The notes under the pieces: generated by a model
Seen by the model: only the letters and a program-made list of their open reading frames with translations
What the model was told of the DNA's origin: nothing
Databases searched by the model: none
Program-made: the position numbers and the translations under genes
Assembly (NCBI GenBank): GCA_963805065.1
Contig: CAWDSS010000010.1
Location: 275,696-339,695 of the forward strand
Direction of reading: 5' to 3'
Length of the DNA stretch: 64,000 nt
Source of the DNA: Candidatus Omnitrophota bacterium
GTDB taxonomy: Bacteria; Omnitrophota; Gorgyraeia; Gygaellales; Profunditerraquicolaceae
Part shown: positions 7,486-13,874 of the stretch, piece by piece
Layout of the letters: each line of letters starts with the position of its first letter
Position numbering within the stretch: the stretch's first letter is position 1

Positions 7486-8946
7486 TTATCCTTTTATTAC
7501 TCCTAATGGTCGCATCCTGCAGACGCGCTTGGAAATACCCACATTATGCACTACATCCACCACATCATTAATATCTTTATAAGCCTGGGGAGCCTCTTCT
7601 ACAATAGTGCCTCTGCCCGACGCTTTAACAATTATACCCTTAGATTCCAATTCTTTCAACAACATATTCAAGTCAATAGACTTAGTGGCAGATGTGCGCG
7701 ATTTTAGTCTTCCTGCGCCATGACAGGTAGAATAAAAGGTTTCTTCGGCTTTTGCAGTACCTACCAACAGATAGGAATTTCTTCCCATATCTCCGGGTAT
7801 AATCACAGGCTGGCCTGTTTTTTTATACCTCTGTGGCAATGCAGGATGCCCCGGGCCAAAAGCTCGCGTTGCTCCTTTTCTATGCACGCACAGCGATTTC
7901 TCCTTGCCATCAATTTTATATTTTTCAATTTTCGCAATATTATGTGCTACATCATAAATCAGAAACATTCCCAATTTCTGCCACGACGCTCCAAAAATAC
8001 GCTCAAAAGATTTACGCGTAAGATGCATCAGGCACTGACGGTTATTCCAGGCATAATTAGCAGCGCACTTCATAGCTGCCAAATATTGTTTACCTTCGGC
8101 AGAATTTACCGGAGCGCAGGCAAGCTGCCTGTCAGGTACATTGATATTGTATTTCTGAAGGCAATGAACCATGTTCTTTACATATTCATCGCATATCTGA
8201 TAGCCGAAACCCCGCGAGCCGGAATGGATCATCACTGTAACCTGGCCTAGATTAAGCCCGAATTCATCACAACAATCCCTATCGTAAAGTTGATCGATGA
8301 CTTGAACCTCAAGAAAATGATTTCCCGAACCCAGGGTCCCTGATTGCGCCTTTCCCCTTTCATAAGCCCTGTCTGAAACAGCATCGGGATCAGCGCCTTG
8401 TATTGCGCCATTTTCTTCAGTGCATTCCAAATCTTCCTGTGTCCCGTAACCTTTTTCTACCGCCCACTGAGAGCCTTTTACCAGAATTTCTTTTTCTTCT
8501 CTTGCGCTGACCCTGATATCGCCTTTTGAACCCACGCCAGAAGGCACATCAGAAAACAATGCATAAACTAAATCTTTGATTTTATCCTTTATTTCATCAT
8601 ACTGAAAATTAGTTTTTAATAATCTAATGCCGCAATTTATGTCATAGCCGACGCCTCCGGGAGAAATCACTCCGCCGTTTTCAATATCAGTCGCAGCTAC
8701 CCCTCCTATCGGAAAACCATAGCCCCAATGTATATCAGGCATGGCTAACGACGCATTTACAATTCCCGGTAAAAATGCCACATTAGCCACCTGCTGGGCT
8801 GCTTTGTCGTTACGGATATCCTTTAATAATTTCTCGTCTGCATAGATTATCCCCGGAACACGCATACCAGGCTGGTATGACTTAGGTATGCGCCAGCGAT
8901 AATCATCAATTTTCTCTAAAGGTCCATTCCAAACCTCAGACATCAA
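7486..8946 (-). CDS. rtcB: RNA 3'-phosphate/5'-OH ligase RtcB
   Basis: 486 aa with RtcB signature segments: GYDINCG, GSGNHFLEVQ, HSGSRGFG, CHGAGR and PLGVIKG at the C-terminus. Confidence 0.93.
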   Translation of the reverse strand: MMSEVWNGPLEKIDDYRWRIPKSYQPGMRVPGIIYADEKLLKDIRNDKAAQQVANVAFLPGIVNASLAMPDIHWGYGFPIGGVAATDIENGGVISPGGVGYDINCGIRLLKTNFQYDEIKDKIKDLVYALFSDVPSGVGSKGDIRVSAREEKEILVKGSQWAVEKGYGTQEDLECTEENGAIQGADPDAVSDRAYERGKAQSGTLGSGNHFLEVQVIDQLYDRDCCDEFGLNLGQVTVMIHSGSRGFGYQICDEYVKNMVHCLQKYNINVPDRQLACAPVNSAEGKQYLAAMKCAANYAWNNRQCLMHLTRKSFERIFGASWQKLGMFLIYDVAHNIAKIEKYKIDGKEKSLCVHRKGATRAFGPGHPALPQRYKKTGQPVIIPGDMGRNSYLLVGTAKAEETFYSTCHGAGRLKSRTSATKSIDLNMLLKELESKGIIVKASGRGTIVEEAPQAYKDINDVVDVVHNVGISKRVCRMRPLGVIKG

Positions 8947-9352
8947 AAATCACCTCTGCCATCCAGCCGGAATCCGACTGTTCCAATTTCAATTCATGAT
9001 AAGTAGCTGCCTTTATCTCGGTATTTACTTTATAATTTTTCATGTCGCTGCCTGCAACAACAGCCTCCAGGCTATGCTTATCTATTTTGTTTATCTTAAA
9101 ATCGCAAAATATCAGCGCCTTGGCAGCGGATAAAGACAATAATTCATTCAGCCAATTAACAAAAAGCTCATCAATATTATCCGCGCTCTGCTTAATTTGG
9201 ATTTGGTTGACTTTCTTAGCGCAATGCCCTGATTCTTCAGCCATAATGTCAAACATCGCGCGGGCAGTTTTTCGAAATAATTCTTCCAGGCTAGCCGCTG
9301 TTATTTTGACGCCTACGTCTGCGGTATGCTCGATCAGCTCATAATCCTTCAT
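8936..9352 (-). CDS. archease (RtcB activator family)
   Basis: The ORF track starts at 9373, but that ATG lies inside the tRNA-Lys acceptor stem/CCA. The second Met (MKDYELIEHTADVGVKI...) gives the canonical archease N-terminus. The gene overlaps the rtcB start by 11 nt. Confidence 0.8.
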   Translation of the reverse strand: MKDYELIEHTADVGVKITAASLEELFRKTARAMFDIMAEESGHCAKKVNQIQIKQSADNIDELFVNWLNELLSLSAAKALIFCDFKINKIDKHSLEAVVAGSDMKNYKVNTEIKAATYHELKLEQSDSGWMAEVIFDV

Positions 9353-9362
9353 GGGAGGGAAA

Positions 9363-9438
9363 TGGTGGGCCATGTAGGAGTCGGACCTACGACCTTGACA
9401 TTAAGAGTGTCCTGCTCTGCCAATTGAGCTAATGGCCC
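9363..9438 (-). tRNA. tRNA-Lys (anticodon CTT), CCA encoded
   Basis: The reverse complement reads GGGCCAT TA GCTC AATTGGCA GAGC A GGACA CTCTTAA TGTCA AGGTC GTAGG TCCGACT CCTAC ATGGCCC A CCA. It has an unusual C at T-loop position 55. Confidence 0.75.
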
Positions 9439-9640
9439 TAAAATCTAGGTTTTTATACCAGCCATTAGCGAAATGCCCGCTAGGGTATGAGCTAATGGCC
9501 CTGATTATTTGTTAGTGTAGTAAAGAGTATATCTTAGATAAAAAACTAAATCAAGGAAATTGTTACACAGAAATAGCTAGTGTCCAAATATTATCCATAT
9601 ATAACTACGCTGCTCGTTGTAAACAGATAAAATCTAGTTA

Positions 9641-9676
9641 CAAACAAAAAGGGCTGAACGGTTAAGTCCAGCCCTG
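9641..9676 (-). terminator. rho-independent terminator (shared islet terminator family, copy 1)
   Basis: The minus strand reads AGGGCTGGACTTAACCGTTCAGCCCT followed by TTTTTGTTTG. It lies 44 nt downstream of the 9720 stop. Confidence 0.65.
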
Positions 9677-9719
9677 GGAGAGTAAATGGTGCTTCTTATT
9701 TTCTGATTTAATTTAGTCT

Positions 9720-10031
9720 TTATTTTTTCACAGCTTGAGGCACTACAATGGTTGGCAGTTGAACAACCCCATTGGTTTTGGCCTTAGTGTCATTCAGTGC
9801 TTTCTTTGTGGTATCAAGCTCTGCTTTAACGCTGTTCAACTCAACTTGTTTTGTCCTTATTTCTTTAGTAAGTTTGGTTATCTGGGTATAATCTCGTTGA
9901 ATTATAGCGTTCAATGTATTAATTTGGTTTATCATCTGCTTTGCATTTTTATAATTTTGATAAGTAATACCGGCGGCGATAACTAAAACTACTAAGCCTA
10001 TGCCAATAACTATGTTCTCTTTCTTTGCCAT
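9720..10031 (-). CDS. membrane-anchored coiled-coil protein (paralog of 11853..12167)
   Basis: The start is moved to MAKKENIV, which is preceded by AAGGAGGGAGC. A TM helix (IVIGIGLVVLVIAAGI) is followed by a heptad-rich region (ELNSVKAELDTTKKALNDTKAK). Confidence 0.55.
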   Translation of the reverse strand: MAKKENIVIGIGLVVLVIAAGITYQNYKNAKQMINQINTLNAIIQRDYTQITKLTKEIRTKQVELNSVKAELDTTKKALNDTKAKTNGVVQLPTIVVPQAVKK

Positions 10032-10147
10032 GCTCCCTCCTTTTTTATTATTATAACACTCCTGTTCCAAAATGGTAGGGGATTTTTATAAACAAAAATG
10101 ACTGAACAGTTAAGTCCAGCCCTTAATTATTTGTATCTTGGTTAACT

Positions 10148-10849
10148 TTACCTGCAAGTCATCTTACTCGCATCGCCATCTTCGCTTATAAACCAACTAG
10201 ATTGCCCACCATTCTCTCTTGCCTCAGAACAAAAACCTCCTTTATCATCAGTAAAAACACAATATTTCCAATGCTCCGAGGAAAGTTTCAGACTTAGCTT
10301 ACTATTACAATCTTCCGTAGAATCACAACTTATATAATTATTTTTATCCGACCGTAACATTTTTTCTGCTAGTTGTATTGTTTTTAAACTTGCTTTTGCT
10401 TCCAAGTTTATTAGCTGCTCTTCATTAATCTTGTGATTCTTAATAAAAGACATGAGTTTTTCCGCCTTTTGATAATCTCCTGCCTTATTATATAACTCTA
10501 TCGCCTGTTGCATATTTTCTTGCCCGTCTTTCTCTCTGCCTGTCAAAAAATACGCAGTACCTATAAGGCTATAAGCTAAGGGGTCTTTAGGATTTGATTG
10601 AATAGCTTTTTGGAATTGCTCAATTGCTTCTGGGTATTGTCCACTCTTAAAATATTCAGTTCCTTTATTAAGATACAAGTTAGTTTCGGTATTATCTGAT
10701 GAAGGAATAGTTCTTTGAGATAAGGCTGATTTAGAAAACAAGGTGGTTAAAAATAATCCAACAAATATTGTTGTTATTGTAAGCACAAGTAATATATTCT
10801 TCATTATTTTAGTGTTTGGTCTCCTGTGAGTATTTATACTACTTAACAT
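10148..10849 (-). CDS. signal-anchored TPR protein with Cys-rich pilin-like C-terminal domain
   Basis: 233 aa. It has an N-terminal hydrophobic anchor and TPR repeats (YLNKGTEYFKSGQYPEAIEQFQKAIQSNPKDPLAY...). The C-terminal segment EAKASLKTIQLAEKMLRSDKNNYISC...C...C...C resembles a pilin/pseudopilin head. The start is uncertain (10849 or 10804). Confidence 0.5.
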   Translation of the reverse strand: MLSSINTHRRPNTKIMKNILLVLTITTIFVGLFLTTLFSKSALSQRTIPSSDNTETNLYLNKGTEYFKSGQYPEAIEQFQKAIQSNPKDPLAYSLIGTAYFLTGREKDGQENMQQAIELYNKAGDYQKAEKLMSFIKNHKINEEQLINLEAKASLKTIQLAEKMLRSDKNNYISCDSTEDCNSKLSLKLSSEHWKYCVFTDDKGGFCSEARENGGQSSWFISEDGDASKMTCR

Positions 10850-10867
10850 ACATAGAGAGTCACCTTA

Positions 10868-11002
10868 TTAATCCTCTTCTATCTCAAAGCGACAGCCGCA
10901 TACATTACACTCATAAACTGACATTTCTTCATGAGGCTCAACAAATCTTGTGTCTGTGCTGTTACATTTAGGACATTCAACGGGCGGATTCCATTCAGGC
11001 AT
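10868..11002 (-). CDS. 44-aa zinc-ribbon protein (CPKC...CNVCGC)
   Basis: Hand-translated as MPEWNPPVECPKCNSTDTRFVEPHEEMSVYECNVCGCRFEIEED, below the ORF-track size cutoff. It carries two CxxC-type knuckles and lies downstream of the ferritin-like gene. Confidence 0.45.
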   Translation of the reverse strand: MPEWNPPVECPKCNSTDTRFVEPHEEMSVYECNVCGCRFEIEED

Positions 11003-11099
11003 CGTCTTTCATCCCCAAGTAACTATTAATTGTTTTTATGTCTGTGGGTTTCTATTGGCCTTTAGCAAAATTTCTAATGCCTATCAAATCATTCTAAAA

Positions 11100-11600
11100 C
11101 TATTTCCAGTTATTAATCAAGAGACAGAGTAATCTTGCTCCCTCATCTTCATGAAAAAATTTATCTTCTTCTTGAAAATGCCTTTCTTTATCTAATGCCG
11201 ACCAATGTTTTCTTTCATCCCTAATTATATCATCATAAACTTTGCGAAAGCCTCTATCTTTTTTCTTTGCTTCTTCGTAAAACTCTATTGCTTGTCTTTC
11301 CGATTCCTTAGCAATTTTTAAAGCACCAATTAAGGAAAAACTGGAAACTTTAATGTTAGTATCTAACTTGCTTAAGTCTGCGACATAGGATTCCCCGGTC
11401 ATTGATTTCAATCTCTCATTTAAAAGCTCTTTATGTCTTTGTGCTTCTTCCTTACCAAATTTCATAAACATTTGCCTTATTCTGCCGTTTCTTATCTTCT
11501 GGGCAATATACATATAAAAATCGCCTGCTGCCTGTTCTGCTATTATGGACTCCTGTAGCATGTTTACAAACTGCTCTTCTCTTTTGCTTAATCTTTTCAT
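11100..11600 (-). CDS. ferritin-like diiron-domain protein (rubrerythrin family, no rubredoxin domain)
   Basis: The start is moved to MKRLSKREEQ, which is preceded by AAAGGAGAGG. It has paired ExxH-type helices (GKEEAQRHKELL, IIRDERKHWSAL) and the EQAAGDFY / ESERQAIEFY glutamates. Confidence 0.6.
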   Translation of the reverse strand: MKRLSKREEQFVNMLQESIIAEQAAGDFYMYIAQKIRNGRIRQMFMKFGKEEAQRHKELLNERLKSMTGESYVADLSKLDTNIKVSSFSLIGALKIAKESERQAIEFYEEAKKKDRGFRKVYDDIIRDERKHWSALDKERHFQEEDKFFHEDEGARLLCLLINNWK

Positions 11601-11763
11601 TTTTGCCTCTCCTTTTAACAAAAAAAGCAACCCACTATTTAGAGAGTTGCCTTATAAATTTAGCCTGCTTCTGCCTTCATGTACACCTCATTGCAACATA
11701 GGCATATTATACTACTTTCTAGGTATCATTTAAGCATTTTCTCGGTCTTTATGGCATAGAGCG

Positions 11764-11800
11764 CAAACAAAAAGGGCTGAAACGTTTTAAGTCCAGCCCT
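11764..11800 (-). terminator. rho-independent terminator (shared islet terminator family, copy 3)
   Basis: The minus strand reads AGGGCTGGACTTAAAACGTTTCAGCCCT followed by TTTTTGTTTG. It lies downstream of the 11853 stop. Confidence 0.6.
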
Positions 11801-11852
11801 TTTAAGATTTGCTATGTTCGTATCTTCTTATCAGTGACGTTTAATTTTAGAG

Positions 11853-12167
11853 TTATTTTTTCAAAACCTCTGGCTTAGCTGTTAAAATATTAAGCTTTTT
11901 ATTCACGTTATCCAGTTCTTTTTTTACACTGTCTAACTCTTTTTTAGAACTATTTAATTCCTTTTTAATACGTTCCAGCTCTTTTTCTTTCACCTGTGTT
12001 TGGTCAGTAAGCGTTTTTATTTTAGCATCTTTTTGTTGAATTAACTGATTCAGTTGACTGACCTCACTTTCTAACTGTTTCATTTTTCCAGAATTTATGC
12101 AGCCGCTTGTTAAAAAAGTAACTAAAGCTAAACCCAGAATTGCGAATGTAATCTGTCTATATGTCAT
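11853..12167 (-). CDS. coiled-coil lipoprotein (paralog of 9720..10031)
   Basis: 104 aa with a strong SD (AAGGAGGTG). It has a lipobox-type signal (LALVTFLTSGC) and heptad repeats (KKELNSSKKELDSVKKELDNVNKKL). Confidence 0.6.
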   Translation of the reverse strand: MTYRQITFAILGLALVTFLTSGCINSGKMKQLESEVSQLNQLIQQKDAKIKTLTDQTQVKEKELERIKKELNSSKKELDSVKKELDNVNKKLNILTAKPEVLKK

Positions 12168-12262
12168 CTCGCCACCTCCTTTTCTAGCTTATTTTACTTT
12201 AACCAGAACAGTCTTTGTTATATTCTACCACAAATTCCAAAATTACAAGCAAACAAAAAGGG

Positions 12263-12505
12263 CTAATACACCCCTTTTGTATTGATTATAGATTGTAATC
12301 TTTGAGAATCAATTTTTGACCAAACTAAACCACAGAATGAGCAGGCATTAAAATTGTTCTCCACCTGAATATTGGTGAAGAAAATTGCATAAAATGGCAG
12401 GTTCGCTGGCCTGAAATACGCCGGAGGATTAACATAATCAACCTGATTATAAACCTTGCCTACAACCGTTGCTTCACCATGGCATTGCGGGCACTTAACA
12501 CTCAT
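12263..12505 (-). CDS. zinc-ribbon-containing hypothetical protein
   Basis: 80 aa with SD AAAGGAGGAAAG. It has an N-terminal CPQCHG knuckle and a distal CSFCG knuckle. The stop overlaps a variant of the shared terminator (12250-12278). Confidence 0.5.
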   Translation of the reverse strand: MSVKCPQCHGEATVVGKVYNQVDYVNPPAYFRPANLPFYAIFFTNIQVENNFNACSFCGLVWSKIDSQRLQSIINTKGVY

Positions 12506-12522
12506 ACTTTCCTCCTTTGAAA

Positions 12523-12653
12523 TGCGCCTGGCAGGAGTTGAACCTGCAACGCCTAGCTCCGAAGGCTAGCGCTCTATCCAGTTGTCCCGCTATATCATTT
12601 AGTTCCGCTAGCGGGATCCCGCCTGCTATGGAATAGCTTGGCGGGAAGCTACA
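12523..12653 (-). pseudogene. tRNA-Arg-like gene (anticodon TCG) interrupted in the D arm by a 62-nt twin-hairpin module, with a decayed 5' acceptor strand
   Basis: The minus strand reads ..TG TA GCT, then [TCCCGCC-N16-GGCGGGA][TCCCGCTA-N16-TAGCGGGA], then C AACTGGATA GAGC G CTAGC CTTCGGA GCTAG GCGTT GCAGG TTCAACT CCTGC CAGGCGC A. The 7 nt that should pair with CAGGCGC read TTGAATG, giving only 4 of 7 pairs. Confidence 0.55.
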
Positions 12654-12660
12654 TTCAAAA

Positions 12661-12733
12661 CGCGCCCGAGTGGAGTCGAACCACCAATAGCCAGTTCCGA
12701 AGACTGGTGCCTTATCCATTAGGCCACGGGCGC
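12661..12733 (-). tRNA. tRNA-Arg (anticodon TCG)
   Basis: The reverse complement reads GCGCCCG TG GCCT AATGGATA AGGC A CCAGT CTTCGGA ACTGG CTATT GGTGG TTCGACT CCACT CGGGCGC G. Confidence 0.85.
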
Positions 12734-12734
12734 A

Positions 12735-13454
12735 TCAAATTATCTCGCACCTTTCCCCCAATATTTCTTTGATTTTCTTAAGCTTACCTTTATCTACCGG
12801 TAATATCCCCTCTTCTGCAGTAGAGCGCACAGGAGAATTCAGCTGGATTTTATCGGGATTTATCTCATCAATTACTGCTTTTAATTTCTTTATCTGCCTT
12901 AAATCATCATTCATCCCTTTAACCAGCATTACTTCCAGCCAGATTTTACCGCGGTATTCTTTTCTTAAAGCAATCAAACCGTTTATTATCGCTTCTAACT
13001 TTATATCCGGATGAGGCCGCTCAATCTTTACAAAGATTTCAGGAGTTACGGCATCTAAAGATGGAACTATAATATCAGAAGATAAAATATCTTTTCTTAC
13101 GGCAGGGTCACCTAACAACGAAGAATTGGTAATAACGACTATGGGTAAATTAGTCAGGGATTTGACTTTCTCTATCAATTCAGCGATTTTACTATTCAGC
13201 GTAGGCTCGCCGGAACCTGAGAGGGTAATATAATTTATTTTTTGTGTATCCGCGGGGTTATTTTCCATCCACCACTTTAACTCCCCCAATATATCCGAAA
13301 TCGAGACATACTCTTTTCTTTCACACAGCGGGTTAGAGGTTTTACCCAACTGGCAGTAAACGCAGTTAAAATTGCATACCTTGGGTGGAGTGAGAGTAAT
13401 CCCCAGAGAAAACCTTAGCCTTCTTGATTTAACCGGCCCATATATGTATTTCAT
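12735..13454 (-). CDS. radical SAM protein
   Basis: 239 aa. The N-terminus is YGPVKSRRLRFSLGI, followed by the CNFNCVYCQ cluster motif and GSGEPTL. Confidence 0.85.
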   Translation of the reverse strand: MKYIYGPVKSRRLRFSLGITLTPPKVCNFNCVYCQLGKTSNPLCERKEYVSISDILGELKWWMENNPADTQKINYITLSGSGEPTLNSKIAELIEKVKSLTNLPIVVITNSSLLGDPAVRKDILSSDIIVPSLDAVTPEIFVKIERPHPDIKLEAIINGLIALRKEYRGKIWLEVMLVKGMNDDLRQIKKLKAVIDEINPDKIQLNSPVRSTAEEGILPVDKGKLKKIKEILGERCEII

Positions 13455-13470
13455 AGCTTATATTATACCA

Positions 13471-13522
13471 CAAAAAAATCCCCGTCTCCTGAAAGTATTA
13501 ACTTCCTCTAAAAGACGGGGAT
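13471..13522 (-). terminator. rho-independent terminator after the CBM48 gene
   Basis: The minus strand has a 10-bp stem, ATCCCCGTCT...AGACGGGGAT, followed by TTTTTTTG. TGGTATAAT follows immediately, ending 7 nt before the radical-SAM ATG. Confidence 0.65.
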
Positions 13523-13539
13523 TATACCTTTAAATTATC

Positions 13540-13815
13540 TTATTTAACTTCTACTATGCAGTTCTGTGAGCCAAACGAATTAGTAACGCAAGAAGAACAA
13601 CGGGGATCATTAAGCCATGAGCCGTCGACAAAAAACTTATATTCGTGCCTACCCGGCTTTAGATTTACCTTTACTACCCAGTTTCCCTTTGAATCTTTTT
13701 TTGCTGAAAGTTTCTTGGGGTCCCAGTTATTAAAACTACCGGCAAGACTGACCCGTTTTGCCTGCGGCGCATAAAACTTAAACTGCATTGTTTTAGCTCT
13801 GGTTGTCGTAGCCAT
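13540..13815 (-). CDS. glycogen-binding CBM48 (AMPK-beta/isoamylase N-terminal type) domain protein
   Basis: The start is moved to MATTTRAK, preceded by AAGGAGGTAGTT. The sequence FKFYAPQAKRVSLAGSFNNWD...GNWVVKVNLKPGRHEYKFFVDGSW is a typical CBM48 fold sequence. Confidence 0.75.
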   Translation of the reverse strand: MATTTRAKTMQFKFYAPQAKRVSLAGSFNNWDPKKLSAKKDSKGNWVVKVNLKPGRHEYKFFVDGSWLNDPRCSSCVTNSFGSQNCIVEVK

Positions 13816-13874
13816 AACTACCTCCTTTGTCAAACTTAATTTATACACAAAACTAAGGGTAATGTCAAGGGTTT

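Noticed and set aside
9641-12278. The reused 3' elements in the islet could be integron attC sites. GTTAAGT fits the GTTRRRY core.
   Set aside because: The elements are only ~26-nt simple hairpins followed by a T tract, which is terminator architecture. They are far shorter than attC, lack the R''/L''-L'/R' organisation, and there is no intI or attI nearby.
12495-12719. The 74-aa minus-strand ORF, and likewise the plus-strand ORFs 3925..4149 and 5347..5571.
   Set aside because: They are read entirely through tRNA genes, tRNA fragments and palindromic repeats. They have no SD, and the apparent coding potential comes from the structured RNA sequence.
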